A DNA stretch of 64,000 nucleotides from Pyrodictiaceae archaeon (lineage in GTDB: Archaea > Thermoproteota > Thermoprotei_A > Sulfolobales > Pyrodictiaceae): NCBI GenBank assembly GCA_027036135.1, contig JALVSY010000007.1, positions 1,156,880 through 1,220,879 of the forward strand, written 5' to 3'. Of the stretch, positions 8,882-20,800 are shown piece after piece. Positions within the stretch are counted from its first letter, which is position 1; each line of letters starts with the position of its first letter. The translations under genes and the position numbers were made by a program. The notes beneath the pieces are model-generated. The model searched no databases. It was not told the origin of the DNA and saw only the letters and a list, made by a program, of their open reading frames with translations.

Positions 8882-9099
8882 GAACCAGATCCCTCCTGAA
8901 CCGGAGCGGGTGCTCGGATCCCTAGTAGCCTCTAGGACTAGGATGCGCAGGGTATACGCGTGCTCCATGCAATATATGGCGTAGCTTTCCCTAATTAATA
9001 CTAACCAGTCCGCCACTGGAGAAGAACGCTGGCATGGAGAAGGGGCAAGGAGTCAGCGACAAAAAACTAGTAAGATGCTTCTTGGGGGCTCCCACTTGT

Positions 9100-12000
9100 C
9101 TATATGACTACAGCTGTCAGTTCTAGTGGCAGTATTGACCAGTAGAAGAAGTAGTTTGTTGAGCTACAGCAAGTATTACCAACAGCCGTTACTGGTATTC
9201 CGTCTATACTTACGGCATACGATAGTGCATAGTTACCTGGTGTTGCTGTCCACTTAGCCTTAATATATAGTGTTGCCATTAGTATTGTTGTGCGCCAGTA
9301 ACTTGAGGCGAAAGTCCTTAACGTCTTTGTATAGAAGTATTTGCTGAACACTCTGGAGCCACCATAGTAAATGCTTGTTCCTATACGCTTTAGGAATTCA
9401 TTGGTCGATGTTATTGCTAGGCTTGGGTTGCTCAGCCTAGCTGGCATATATACTACGACTCTGGTATATATACCATAGCCCTTGCTGAGATACAGCGTCT
9501 GCGGATATATTCTTACTAGTACAGGTGTTATCTTTATAGTAAATGGCTCCTCTAGGCTCTTGCCGCTGAACTGTATGTTTCTAACAACTATTCTGTAAAC
9601 GCCTGGACCACTTATTGGCACTATAATTCTCGCATATCCAGGTACTGGTTCGTCAAAGGGCATTTTGAAATCGAGCGTTAGCTTTGCGCCGAGCTGGAGC
9701 CCGTGCACTACCATCGTCTTAACAGGGTACAGGTGTGCACCATTACTATCAGTATATGTCTTTGCGCCTATAATGGCCATGTGGTACTTATAGGGACCAT
9801 ATACTTGTATGTCAAGATTACTTGCGTAGTTCTTATCACTTACAGGCCACGACAGCTCTACTAGTAGGTATTTTATCGAAGGACTAGTAACTATTAGGGG
9901 GAATACCCTCCAATCGCCGCTTTCATATCTCCAAGTATAGTCAAAGACTCCTCTTAGATAGTAGTTCTGGTATAGGTTCTTTCTATCTATCCAGCTATAT
10001 CTCTTATAGCTTATTACTACACCATTGCCTATTGATGAGAGCTTATAGGCGTTGACGATGGTCGTTGGCACTAATACCTTATTGTGACTGAATATATTCT
10101 CTACCACAACGTAGCCTTCCTCAATACCTTTAATCGGTATTCCAAGGGTTCTTACTGGAAGATATGTTGTGCCTCTCACATATACAAATGAAGTCATAGG
10201 TAATATGCTGTACCATCTTGTGAACCTATAGCCCTCTATCCTCACAAGAGCATATGTTTTTGCACCAGTACCGCTCCAGCTGTTGCCGAAGACTCTATAA
10301 ACGAGCACTAGTTTCACGGGATAGTTTTCAACATTAATACCCGTATAAAGGCTCACTAGCTTCTTGATTTCAGCTATTTGGTATTTTAGATTTGCCACTT
10401 GTAAGTGGAAGCTGTTTGCACCTCGCAAGTCATACTGGATTCTGGCAGTTTCCCACGGCTCTATTTTACCATCATGGTTTAGGTCTATCCATGCCCACAG
10501 CTCTATACCGTTAAATAATATTCCCTTAGAATAGTTGCTGTATCTACCACTTGTATTGAAGTATTTGAATGGATATGCTAGACTTATTTCAATCATGTTA
10601 TACTTTTCGTATACAGCTGGGTTAATGATAGCTAATACTCTTGTATCGATATAACTCATTTTACCAAGGTCTAATAGCACTCTACCATTAATACAACGTG
10701 TCATCATAGTCACGCCAGGAGCGCCGCAAAGGCTGTGGCTGAAGACAAGCGTAGGCTTGACGGCATATACATGGTATATACCGTGACCATGTATTACTAA
10801 TGTCTCACTTCGTAGCCCAAGACTTGGAACAAATATCAGCTTTGGCTCATACCAGCTTAGCTCCACTGAACTTCCTTTACCATATGTAAATGCTGATATA
10901 TCATCATCCAGTAATACGTGATAAGCCTTCATAAAGTCCTTGTTATAGACTAGTGTTCCTTCTCCTCTTACTAGCTCGACAGCCCTAAGGGCATCAACGA
11001 AGCCAGCTCCCTGGCTAAATGGGTCAAACCCCGTATCATATGCACTATTCATCAATACGGTCTTTAGTAAAGGTGCTGGCATTCTGGCCCCATTATGTAG
11101 TTCCTTATACATTGTTACAACCAATGCAGCTACGCCAGCGGCCATTGGTGTTGCTTGACTAGTACCTCCAAAGAGATTAAATGCTAAGAAACCACTAAGA
11201 TGCCCCCATGTTAATGAATCCCATGGTCTTCCAACAGCGAAGGCAAAGCTCCCTATAGCTACTATATCTGGCTTTGATAGAAATGTCTCAGCAGGTCCTC
11301 GATCGCTCCAAGATACTATCTCCTTGTTGCCTCCTGGTAAGTACCCGAAGAGCGGTCTATAAGTGAACTCGGTGGCAGCACCCACGGTTATTACCATACT
11401 TGCTGCTCCAGGGACTGTTACAGTACCCCAACCAGGACCACCATTACCAGCTGCAACGAAGTCGGCTGTACCGCTAATAGCACTTGTATAATCAAATATC
11501 AAGCTGACAGGATCCATGCCGCTAGCCCAGCCCCATAAAGCCCAGGCGCTTATGCCGTAACTATTGCTGGTCTCATCAACTTGATGTCTACCAGTATATG
11601 TCCATGTCCACATCCCTCCCGCAAACGCTGTCCATGGATTCTGTGTACCGGGTACCGGCTCTACGAAGTATGGCTTACCATATGGTGTTTTCTCGTCGAA
11701 ACCGCTAAAGAAATACACCGATGTCAGTACATTTCCTAGCCATAGCGCAGAGGCAGCAGCTATCTTAGCCTCGGGTGCCTCGCCAGTAACTATGCTCCAG
11801 CCATTGTTTATGGGTCCATATCCTGTATAGGCGTAAACAGGGCGCCCAGCAGCAGTTGTTGCACAGAACGTTCCATGACCATAGAAATCATACTCTAAGT
11901 CAAAGTATTGCCCGCTCCATATATCCATGCCAGGCCAGATATAGCCAAGGCTTTCAAAAGTCCATGTATCCCATAGAAGTGATGAAGATATAGCATATCC

Positions 12001-13470
12001 TTCTTGTAGTTTGTTCATGATATGTTCCAGTACTCCTTTCTCCTGCATTAATATTAATCCTAAGGCGTCATTTACGTATCCAGCCAATGTGCCTACGCTG
12101 AAGTCGTAATACCCATCTCCGTTTATATCAAGTGCTGCTATTTCGTGTCCATAACGTATTGGGGTCTCGTTAGCAAAGCTATAGATAGGCCTCGATACAG
12201 GTGGAGGCGGGAAGTAGCTTGCAAGCCCGCACTCACTCGCAGCCTCATAAAGATAGTAGTAAGCAGTCTTCATATCAAGCAATATGGTGTCGTAGTACCC
12301 GTCTCCATTACTGTCATAAATTATTGCAGGGACAGTAAATGCTATTTTTCCTATAGGTGTATCTAGTACCCTTACTACAAGACCAAAATGAGGTGGTACA
12401 CGGGACTTAGTCACATTTACTGGTACTTGCCAGTATTCTGACAAGTTATAGATCACTTGACAACTACCAACAGAGGCGAATCCTTTATTATACTTGAATA
12501 CATATATTGGTGGCACGAAGAAGTAAAGTTTGCTTAGATTAACGTAGACATAACTGGAGTTTACTGGTACTGCCGCCACGGGCGTCAGCACTAGCCCATA
12601 CTCGTCGGAGTCGAGGATCAATGGTATACCATTGCTATCCCTCGCTATTGCGTCTAGGCCTAGGCCTGGGCTAGCATAATCCACACCAGTATCTATTATG
12701 GCTATTGTGGCGTTTTGGCCCATGTCGCCGTACTTGTACCACACATCTATAGCCTTTGTTATATTAACCGTGTAGTGTATTGGGCCGAACCCGCTACCCT
12801 CTGTCGGCAGAACTGCTGGGTTCTTTAGGCTAGGCTTCTGCTTTGCAAGCTTCTCGGCCTTAGCAAGATCTATGCTTGGCCTCTTGCCTTCAACAAGCTT
12901 CTCTAGTGCTATCTTGTCCCCTCTCCCTAGTAGCTCTTCTAGGGCCTTCTTGACCTTGGCCTTATCTACTGCATATATTGGCTTGCTTGTCGAAGCTAGC
13001 AGCTCGTCTATCCTTACATCTGGGAGTATTGCTGCTACAAAGCCGAGCCTCGATATCTTATCAATACTTGTCGGGGTAACCCAGCCAGCGACAACAGTGT
13101 AGAGATGCGTCGGGTAGACACCGGTTATCACCATGTACCTTGCTAGCTCCCTGATGTCCCTGAGGCTAACACCCTTTGGTAGGAGTAGTAGAGCCCTCGC
13201 ATATGGCTCCTTGGGCTTCTCCAGCTTGATGTGGGCGTGCTCGGCGAACTTCTCGGCAAAGTCTAGCACCGGGTCAAGTATACGACTCGTTGTCAGCGCT
13301 CCTTTTTGCCAGAAAGCCTTGCTGCGGAACGCTGGGTGGACGTAGGTTGTTAAGTGGTACTTGGGCTTAATAGTTGCGGCCGATGCTGGCGCGAACATTG
13401 CTGCATAGGGTAGAACCATGACGGCTACGACTATGACTGCGAAGAGTACGCGTAGAACATGTGGCCTCAT
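9100..13470 (-). CDS. Large secreted S8 (subtilisin/pyrolysin-like) serine protease
   Basis: Signal peptide; catalytic motifs IIDTGVD, GHGTFCA, AAGNGGPG, GTSQATP; large insert between the Asp and His motifs. Confidence 0.93.
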   Translation of the reverse strand: MRPHVLRVLFAVIVVAVMVLPYAAMFAPASAATIKPKYHLTTYVHPAFRSKAFWQKGALTTSRILDPVLDFAEKFAEHAHIKLEKPKEPYARALLLLPKGVSLRDIRELARYMVITGVYPTHLYTVVAGWVTPTSIDKISRLGFVAAILPDVRIDELLASTSKPIYAVDKAKVKKALEELLGRGDKIALEKLVEGKRPSIDLAKAEKLAKQKPSLKNPAVLPTEGSGFGPIHYTVNITKAIDVWYKYGDMGQNATIAIIDTGVDYASPGLGLDAIARDSNGIPLILDSDEYGLVLTPVAAVPVNSSYVYVNLSKLYFFVPPIYVFKYNKGFASVGSCQVIYNLSEYWQVPVNVTKSRVPPHFGLVVRVLDTPIGKIAFTVPAIIYDSNGDGYYDTILLDMKTAYYYLYEAASECGLASYFPPPPVSRPIYSFANETPIRYGHEIAALDINGDGYYDFSVGTLAGYVNDALGLILMQEKGVLEHIMNKLQEGYAISSSLLWDTWTFESLGYIWPGMDIWSGQYFDLEYDFYGHGTFCATTAAGRPVYAYTGYGPINNGWSIVTGEAPEAKIAAASALWLGNVLTSVYFFSGFDEKTPYGKPYFVEPVPGTQNPWTAFAGGMWTWTYTGRHQVDETSNSYGISAWALWGWASGMDPVSLIFDYTSAISGTADFVAAGNGGPGWGTVTVPGAASMVITVGAATEFTYRPLFGYLPGGNKEIVSWSDRGPAETFLSKPDIVAIGSFAFAVGRPWDSLTWGHLSGFLAFNLFGGTSQATPMAAGVAALVVTMYKELHNGARMPAPLLKTVLMNSAYDTGFDPFSQGAGFVDALRAVELVRGEGTLVYNKDFMKAYHVLLDDDISAFTYGKGSSVELSWYEPKLIFVPSLGLRSETLVIHGHGIYHVYAVKPTLVFSHSLCGAPGVTMMTRCINGRVLLDLGKMSYIDTRVLAIINPAVYEKYNMIEISLAYPFKYFNTSGRYSNYSKGILFNGIELWAWIDLNHDGKIEPWETARIQYDLRGANSFHLQVANLKYQIAEIKKLVSLYTGINVENYPVKLVLVYRVFGNSWSGTGAKTYALVRIEGYRFTRWYSILPMTSFVYVRGTTYLPVRTLGIPIKGIEEGYVVVENIFSHNKVLVPTTIVNAYKLSSIGNGVVISYKRYSWIDRKNLYQNYYLRGVFDYTWRYESGDWRVFPLIVTSPSIKYLLVELSWPVSDKNYASNLDIQVYGPYKYHMAIIGAKTYTDSNGAHLYPVKTMVVHGLQLGAKLTLDFKMPFDEPVPGYARIIVPISGPGVYRIVVRNIQFSGKSLEEPFTIKITPVLVRIYPQTLYLSKGYGIYTRVVVYMPARLSNPSLAITSTNEFLKRIGTSIYYGGSRVFSKYFYTKTLRTFASSYWRTTILMATLYIKAKWTATPGNYALSYAVSIDGIPVTAVGNTCCSSTNYFFYWSILPLELTAVVI

Positions 13471-13765
13471 ATGCCCACACCCTTTTATTACCGCTGTTAA
13501 CACGGAATAATATTAAATTACCCATATAAATGCATCGCCGAGGCCCTAAGAGGGGAGACAATAACATATCCACGGTATACTGGGTCAGGGTGAGCAGTTC
13601 CACCCATATCTATGAGTACTCGGTGCCGCTAGGCGGGAACTAAGCAGTGTGCTCATTAACCTCGGAGCAGCAGCGCCATGGATGCGTGCTATTCCTGGCG
13701 GAATACAGTGGTAACTCTGCTGTGATACTGAGCGGCCTTGGCCAAGCCCTTGGCTATCTGGCGGT

Positions 13766-14038
13766 TTGCTTCAAAGGGTAATACATGGCAAAGATAATGT
13801 CATGGGGTGTGCACTGGTCTTGACGAGGCTCACACTCTATGCCCCAGGCGAGGAGAACGCCTCGCTAAGGGAGATTGCCGAGAAGCTCCAGAAGCTTGGC
13901 TACCACGTAGAGATGCGCGTAGCCTATGACGTATCGGGCCCTGTCCTCGTAGGTCCTTTTGGTAAGGTAAAGGGGCTTAAGGAGATAATGATCATTATGC
14001 GGCAGCTAGAGGCTAGTGATAGGGGCATCGAAGGCTAA
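13766..14038 (+). CDS. Small hypothetical protein
   Basis: 90 aa ORF with plausible composition; no family recognised with certainty. Start uncertain. Confidence 0.5.
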   Translation: MLQRVIHGKDNVMGCALVLTRLTLYAPGEENASLREIAEKLQKLGYHVEMRVAYDVSGPVLVGPFGKVKGLKEIMIIMRQLEASDRGIEG

Positions 14039-14077
14039 TCTATTACTTGCTTATATTTGCACCGAGTCTTTTGGTAG

Positions 14078-15202
14078 CTAGCTCCAGAAGAGCTTTATGA
14101 GGAATCGGAGTAGTTGTTCTAGTTCCCTGTAGTATTTCTCTAGGCCTTCAACCCTGGAATAGAACGAGATGATATAGGCTGGGTCATGTAGACCAGTATT
14201 AGGCGTGTAGACTAGCTTGGCGAGGCTCACTAGCTCTGATACGAGGTAGCTCACCGGGTGCCTCGACACAGCAGCGGCGAGCACCATTACTGCTAGGAGG
14301 GCCAGTGCACCGCCTATGGCCACCTTGCCCCAGTTGATGCCCTTCATGGCTGCCTTTGCCGCGGAGTAGCCAAGGTTGTAGCCCAGGAGCCCTATCAACC
14401 ACGCAATAGCAGCAGTCATGGCTGCCTCTAGGCCGAGGCCCGGGTTCTCAATCCTCAGTGCCCGGAGAATTCCCTGAGCAACTGGATACGCTAGCGGGGA
14501 GACAAAGAACCCAACGAGTACTCCCAGGACCCTGGGGAAGACCCGGTGGTACCACGTCTCCATTCTCTCCACAGCGCTTCTCTCGAGGCGTAGCTGCTCC
14601 TCAATCATTCTCTCAACGGCGTAGCCGGGGCTCGCTAGTGCCTGGAGTAGTGGCGCTACTAGGCGGGAGGAGACCCAATAGACTATGCCGAGCATAGAGG
14701 TGTAAAGGATTATCCTCACCACTATGCTTCTAGAGGCTAGTTTCCAGAACTCAGAGAGGGCTCCGGGGAGCTGAATGGAGAGCAGGGAATCGTAGAGCCT
14801 TGCTAGTAGCAGTGAGCCTAGATAGGCAGAGGCCAGCAAGGAGCCATAGATGACCGAGAGGCTCGCAATGGTGGCGTACCGGCAAGTGGTGCTGCACTCC
14901 CTCTTGGCCGCTAGGCCCCTCTCCGAGAGTAGCTCGTAGCCGGCCTCGAGGACTAGTGATGCGAGGACGAGGCCGAGCACAGTGCCTAGTCCCCGGGGGT
15001 TCTGAGCAACAGCCACGGCTGAGGCGATAATGGCTACTCCTAGCCCGAGCCGTGGCCTAGCAATAGCGGCTACCAGCGCTGTGGAGGCGAGCAACGCCTC
15101 TGCTACGAGGAGCCCGGGGAACAACAATGCAGCAGAGTAGGCGGCTAGCACCGCGACCGCTACCACTACCAGTATCCTCGTAACTAGCCTAGCCTCGGCC
15201 AT
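14078..15202 (-). CDS. Hypothetical multi-pass membrane protein
   Basis: Many hydrophobic segments; overlaps the DUF58 gene in an operon. Confidence 0.75.
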   Translation of the reverse strand: MAEARLVTRILVVVAVAVLAAYSAALLFPGLLVAEALLASTALVAAIARPRLGLGVAIIASAVAVAQNPRGLGTVLGLVLASLVLEAGYELLSERGLAAKRECSTTCRYATIASLSVIYGSLLASAYLGSLLLARLYDSLLSIQLPGALSEFWKLASRSIVVRIILYTSMLGIVYWVSSRLVAPLLQALASPGYAVERMIEEQLRLERSAVERMETWYHRVFPRVLGVLVGFFVSPLAYPVAQGILRALRIENPGLGLEAAMTAAIAWLIGLLGYNLGYSAAKAAMKGINWGKVAIGGALALLAVMVLAAAVSRHPVSYLVSELVSLAKLVYTPNTGLHDPAYIISFYSRVEGLEKYYRELEQLLRFLIKLFWS

Positions 15203-16560
15203 GTCCCCATCAGCCTCGCGTACTCAACTAGGCGCGCCAGCTCGCGGAGAACAATGCTCGGCGAGGAGTGGAGGACGGGGACTCCCTGGCCCTGTAGCTC
15301 CTCGGCGACAAGGGCCTGTTGCCTAGCAATGCCAAGGGCCTCGAGCCCGCTAAGAGGGTCTCTTACCGCCCCCGGTCTCGGGATAACGACTAGTACTGGG
15401 GTGCCTCGGCGCCTCGCTACACGATAGACCTCGTCGCTGAAGCGCCTCGCAGCCTCAGCGCTAAGACCCATATCGGTGACAAGAACTATGGCTGATTGGC
15501 TCCGTGGAGCTAGGCGCAGCAGGTCGCGGTAGAGACCAATAGTCTCGCTCGGTGCCCGTGGATAAGCTGTGCTTGGCCAAACTGTGCGTTCAGCTAATAA
15601 CTTATTGGCGTGGATAAGTGCCCGCCGGCCCCGTAGCCACCTTGTATAGTGGATCCTCCTCCCAGTAGCGGGTATAACAGCGGCCCGGACGACGTCGCCT
15701 CGGAGACCACTATAGGCCACGAGGCCGGCCACGAGCCGAGCGCCCTGCTCGAGAGGCGTGGCTCCGAGAGGTCCCTGGAACATCGTAGGAGACTCGTCGA
15801 GAACCACTATGAGCCTAACGATGCCTTCTTGCTCGAACACCTTTACTGCTAGTCTCCTCGTCCGCGCATAGGCCTTCCACTCTATGAGTCTCATATCGTC
15901 CCCTGGCTGGTATTCCCGTAGCTCGAGGAACTCTACGCCAACGCCACGCCTACGTGTACCCGCGACGCCACCCGGCTGATAGACAAGCGTTGCTGCTGCT
16001 CTGCGCCTCGGCAGCGGGGGCACCATTGGCTGGACACTCACCGTCGTGGAGGAGCCAATTCTCTGAGTGGCCCTAAGCAGGCCCAGCGGGTCTAGGCTCT
16101 CCACCTTGACGGGGCCCCACTCGTGCCTACCAATCACGGGCTTAACAACATAAGCTATCTCCACGCCGCCCTTGGCTGGTATGAGCGTAGCTGTACGGGG
16201 AGGCTTCTCGGCGACGAAGAGCCCCGGGGGCTCATCAGCTATAACCGTGTTGTCCAGCGCTACTAGGCTATCATTGACTACTCGTAGCCTTATAGTGGCC
16301 GCCTTGCCCTCGGTTAGGGGCTCAGGCACTATTCTCTCGACGCGTAGCCCGGCTATGACAGAGGACTTTACTGAGACGAGGTAAGCGGCTATGAGCATGT
16401 ATGCTAGCAGGGCTAGGCTAGCTGAGAGAAGAGCAGAGGCTAGGCGGGTATCTGGCTGAATAATCCCGGCAGCGCCCAGGGTGAGGGCTAGGGCTAGGAA
16501 TAAGCGGCCACAATGAGTCATCGCGACCGAGCCGCCTATGCCGAACCCTGTGTTAGCCAA
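15184..16560 (-). CDS. DUF58 domain protein (vWA-like, MoxR-associated)
   Basis: GVEFLELREYQPGDDMRLIEWKAYAR and LDESPTM motifs. Confidence 0.92.
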   Translation of the reverse strand: MANTGFGIGGSVAMTHCGRLFLALALTLGAAGIIQPDTRLASALLSASLALLAYMLIAAYLVSVKSSVIAGLRVERIVPEPLTEGKAATIRLRVVNDSLVALDNTVIADEPPGLFVAEKPPRTATLIPAKGGVEIAYVVKPVIGRHEWGPVKVESLDPLGLLRATQRIGSSTTVSVQPMVPPLPRRRAAATLVYQPGGVAGTRRRGVGVEFLELREYQPGDDMRLIEWKAYARTRRLAVKVFEQEGIVRLIVVLDESPTMFQGPLGATPLEQGARLVAGLVAYSGLRGDVVRAAVIPATGRRIHYTRWLRGRRALIHANKLLAERTVWPSTAYPRAPSETIGLYRDLLRLAPRSQSAIVLVTDMGLSAEAARRFSDEVYRVARRRGTPVLVVIPRPGAVRDPLSGLEALGIARQQALVAEELQGQGVPVLHSSPSIVLRELARLVEYARLMGTWPRLG

Positions 16561-17834
16561 GGTCTCTGCTCTCCTCCTTGCAGCTCCTCAAGCAAGGGGG
16601 CTAGGTCTCGTAGTATCTTCTCAAGGGTTCTCCGCGGCCTAGCGACGAGTAGGCACCTAGCCCGGGAAGAGGCTAGTGCCGAGAGCCTACGGAGAGCAGC
16701 GAGCTCCCGTGGGCCTAGTTTCCTGGGCCTAGCCTCTTCCTCTAGGAGGTTCCAATCGTAGCGAGTCCTCCACGCAGCCAGTAGCGCCTCGTACACTGTC
16801 TTTGCGGCTCGGTGTAGCTTGCCGGGGGCTGGCCTGTGCCTCGGCAGCTCCTCTACCAGGTCTACTAGGCCGCGTCGGTGCAGCGGGGAGGCTCTCTCCT
16901 CTTCCTCGGGGAGCGTTGCGGCCCCAATAGCCTCCCTCATGACGAGGTACATGGGCGCAGCTATAACCAGTGAGGCAGCGGCTAGCGCGCCCGGCAGCGC
17001 CTCCAATGCCTTGATTACTCGGTGCTCCTCTGCGCTTAGGTATGAGAGGGCCTCGATTATCAGTATTCCTGGGTGTATCTTGGTTGCCACCTCAGCGGCT
17101 GTGTACTCTTGTCGATAGAGATAGAGCGGGACGATGACCGTGGTGTTGCCTGGCTCCGCGCCCGCCAAGCTCATCAACATTGCTACTTCTCCTAGGGGGT
17201 TCAGCCCAGTCCCGTTCTCCGCCAATAGCACCGCATTGGTGAGCGCGTCGCTATCCGGTATGTAGACTAGTGTGTAGCTCGAGGAGTTGTAGACGAGTAG
17301 GCCTGGGAGCGCGTCGGGGTACGTGTAGCCCTCTATGCGCCACTTACCAGTAGGCTCCGTGACCATCACTGTGTGGAGGGCGAATAGCTCCCCGCTCCTT
17401 GTGAATACGACGTAGTCTCTCGGCGAGACACTATAGGTTATGGGCTGGCTTATCCCCAGCAAGCCAGCGAGGGAGGGGGCACAGAGGGACTCGTCGCTAA
17501 TCACTATGGAGACGTGCGCCCCGAGGCTAATGAGTCTCTCCACTTCGTTCACGAGCTGCTCGAGGCCTTGGGGGGAGCAGCGAGTAGGATTAGAGACAAG
17601 ATAGACAACACTCATCGAGCCGGTATTGCTTGCACAAGTCTCGAGCACCACGTCGTAGCCAAGCCTGGTCAGTAGCTTCACCAGCAGCGAGGAACCCCAA
17701 GGGGAATCATCATCGGGGCCGCCGATGTGGGTCCCATAGCCTATTGAGAGCCTCACAGCCTTCGGCGCAGCATAGATAGCCGCTACGAGGGCAACGACTA
17801 CTAGCCCTAGGATGAAGAGACGCTCGCCGAGCAA
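16536..17834 (-). CDS. DUF4350-like membrane protein
   Basis: N-terminal TM, PWGSSLL, IPDSDALTN motif, second TM; position beside DUF58. Confidence 0.65.
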   Translation of the reverse strand: MLGERLFILGLVVVALVAAIYAAPKAVRLSIGYGTHIGGPDDDSPWGSSLLVKLLTRLGYDVVLETCASNTGSMSVVYLVSNPTRCSPQGLEQLVNEVERLISLGAHVSIVISDESLCAPSLAGLLGISQPITYSVSPRDYVVFTRSGELFALHTVMVTEPTGKWRIEGYTYPDALPGLLVYNSSSYTLVYIPDSDALTNAVLLAENGTGLNPLGEVAMLMSLAGAEPGNTTVIVPLYLYRQEYTAAEVATKIHPGILIIEALSYLSAEEHRVIKALEALPGALAAASLVIAAPMYLVMREAIGAATLPEEEERASPLHRRGLVDLVEELPRHRPAPGKLHRAAKTVYEALLAAWRTRYDWNLLEEEARPRKLGPRELAALRRLSALASSRARCLLVARPRRTLEKILRDLAPLLEELQGGEQRPWLTQGSA

Positions 17835-17836
17835 AG

Positions 17837-20800
17837 CTAGTCCCTTCCTCCAGTGAGCCTCTTGATCGCGTTCCTTATCCTCTCGAGATGCTTCTCCGTG
17901 ACGGGGTGGCTGCTGAACCTAGCCTCCTCGTACGCGAGAGCAGCGTCAGTCATCGTGCTTCTATCTGGCTCGGGGAAGCGGGCAACGTACTCGCGATGAG
18001 TCTCGCTGGGCTTACGGGGCCCATAAATCTGTGCAGCTACTCGTAGCAGCTTATCGAACTCCTTCACTACTCTTTCCCTGAGGCCCCGGGCCTGCTTCTC
18101 CCCGGAGACGCCTAGCCGAGAAGCAACTGGCTCAAGGGCTCTACGCAGCATGACTATCCTCTCAGGTTTCGATGAGAGCCATAAGAGGAGCATAGCGATA
18201 ACCAGTATGGAGCCGAGCAAGACCGCTGCTATACCCGCTACACCGCCCTGGCTAAGCCTGGGCACGCTTAGCCGGGGAGTGTGAAGAGTCATGGGGGCCG
18301 ATGTGTTTCCACTACTTGTCTCTATCCTGCCTTCCCTGTGGACGACGAGGACTTCTTCCCTCGGCTCCTGGCTGTGAAGCATGCTATGGATAAGCTTGTT
18401 CACTGTGCCCGGGTTAAGGTAGTTCAGTAGGGTTGAGACGTTCATCCCGCTCCGGCTTAGCTCTTGCAGGGCCTTGGCTGCCTCCTCGGGGTTGGAGCGC
18501 GTCATGTTCTCTAGTTGCCTTGCTGCCTCGCCTAGCCTTCCCTCCCGTATCAGCTTGATTAACTCGCCCACATCTATGCCCTGGCTGGCTGCTCCCCGGG
18601 CTCCTCTTCCTTGGCTCAGCACCGCGTTGGCTATACTCAGTATGCCTGGCTCGGGGTTCTCCTCGAGGAGGCGATTAAGCCTCTTAACAAGGGGTTTAAC
18701 CACTTGGGGCGGGTTCCCTGTAGATGCTATTCTCTTCGCCAAGGTTCTCGCTGCTGTCTCGTTGCCCTCTACGAGGCTCCTCGCCAGCTCCTCTAGCTCC
18801 TCGGCTAACTGGTTCTCGCCCTGCTTCCTCAGCTCCTGGGCAAGCTCGTCGAGTAACTGCTTAGCAGCAGCCACCTTAGAGGCCTCTTGGCCGCCGAGTG
18901 TCTCTACCTGCTCCAGGGTCTTCAATAGCTCTGCGACGCCTCTCTCTCCTAGGGCCTTCTTTATGAGCTCTGCTTCCTCTCCACCGCTCTCAATGGCTTC
19001 CCGGACCCTCTTCGCCAAGAGGACTGACTGGGGCAGGTTCCCGGTCTCGACACCCGTAGCTATCTTCTCGAGGGTCTCAGCTGCATGCGTGAGCTGTATA
19101 GAGACATTAGCATAGGCAGGCGTCCCTGCCGCTTCTCTTAGCCGGGCTGCTGCCTCCTCTAGGCCTCCTAGGCTCTCCTTGACGAGCACCCTTGTGTTAA
19201 CCGGATAGGGTGTCTGCACTAGTCCTAGGGCCCAGTATGCCAGCACGGGGTTCTTCTCCGAGACCTGTTTAACGGCGCTGCGCAGCTCAGCGACATTGTC
19301 TACTAGGAGCCTTGCTAGCCCCATCGCGTAGGCATAGTTTATGACGAGCCTTCCACCCATTACCCGTATAGAGGCATACCTCGTATAGTAGCCGAGCCAC
19401 TTAACCAGATCCTCGGGGCTTCTTATCTCCCTAGCGGCACTTATGGCCTGGCTAAGGGCAACCGATAATATCGCGTAGCGTAGCGGGTCACTACCCGGTC
19501 TAATACCGGCGCGCCTAGCTATTATCGCGGCATCCGACTGCTCTATGTAGCCTAGCAAGCCACGCTCATAGGTGTTTATAGCGGCTAGGACTATCACGGC
19601 TGGCCATGGATGAGCCACGCTAGTAGCATAGCTAGCTAGTGCTTCAACACCCTTCTCGCTAAGCAGGCTAACCGCTTCCTCGGCCCCCGGCATCGCTATG
19701 CCGCTCGAGCCGAGTATCCAGGGGTCAAGCGGCACAAAGGGATCTAGGACGAGAACCGTGAGAGCTACACTGGTTACATAGCTCGGCGCCAGGGCTATGA
19801 GGGCCGAGGCCTCGCCGCCCACGGTACTCCAGTTAATCGGGTTAAACCCTGCTCTAAGAATTGCTTCTCGTAGCTCGTCGAAGGGCTCGGCACTGGGCAA
19901 GGGGCTACTGGGGCCTCGGAGCAACTTGTCGCGGGGAATGGCTAGGGCGAGGCCGAGGGGCACAGTATACTCCTCGTCACCGATGAGCAGGCGCACAGGG
20001 AGGGCATGGTGGCGGGCAATGTAGCCCAGCACGCTAGGCGCTAGAGCACCAACCCCGCTAACGGTTACGCCTCCTGCTCCTAGCTCTACTACTCGGTTAA
20101 GGAGACGAGAGTATAGAGGGTAAGCAGCGGTGCTGAGCACGGCTAGCGCGGCAGCTCTCACATAGTCTCCTCGGGCAAGGCTCTCATTGACTAACCTCAC
20201 TAATTGCTCTGGCTCGCTAGCCGAGTAGCTAGGAGCAATAATGGCTAGCATCCTCCTAGCCGTGACGGGGCTGAGGCTAGCCGGGTTCACTAGAGCTGCT
20301 ACCAGCTCTAGGCCGGGCTCGTCGAGAAGCAGCACCATTCTCCAGTAATCCTTGTCGGGGACGCCGCTAAGCGCGGCAGTCAGCGCCATGCCGTGGATAG
20401 CGGAGTAGACGTCAACTCCCTTTGCTATCTCTCGGGGGTAGTAGGTGAACACGATGCTCCTCACATCACTGCTTGCCCCGGCGTAGCGTAGGTTGTTAAG
20501 GAGTATTGCTGCTAGGCGCTGAACAATCTTCGCAGGATCAACCACGCCTAGGCCCAGCGGGGTAGGACTCATGGAGGCAACAAGGTATACGTGGTAAAGA
20601 AGACTACTAGGACAACTATACGGCGGAGGACTCGTTGCCAAGAGGGAGACGAGGGTCTCCAACGCGAGTCTCTTCTCGTCAAGGCTAGTATTCGAGGCAA
20701 GGACACTGGCTACCCATAGTGCTCGCTGTGTAGCGTTGCCCGGCCAATTAGTGGTACAGTTAACTAGTGCCTCTAGGTAGCTAGCTGCCTCCCCGTACCC

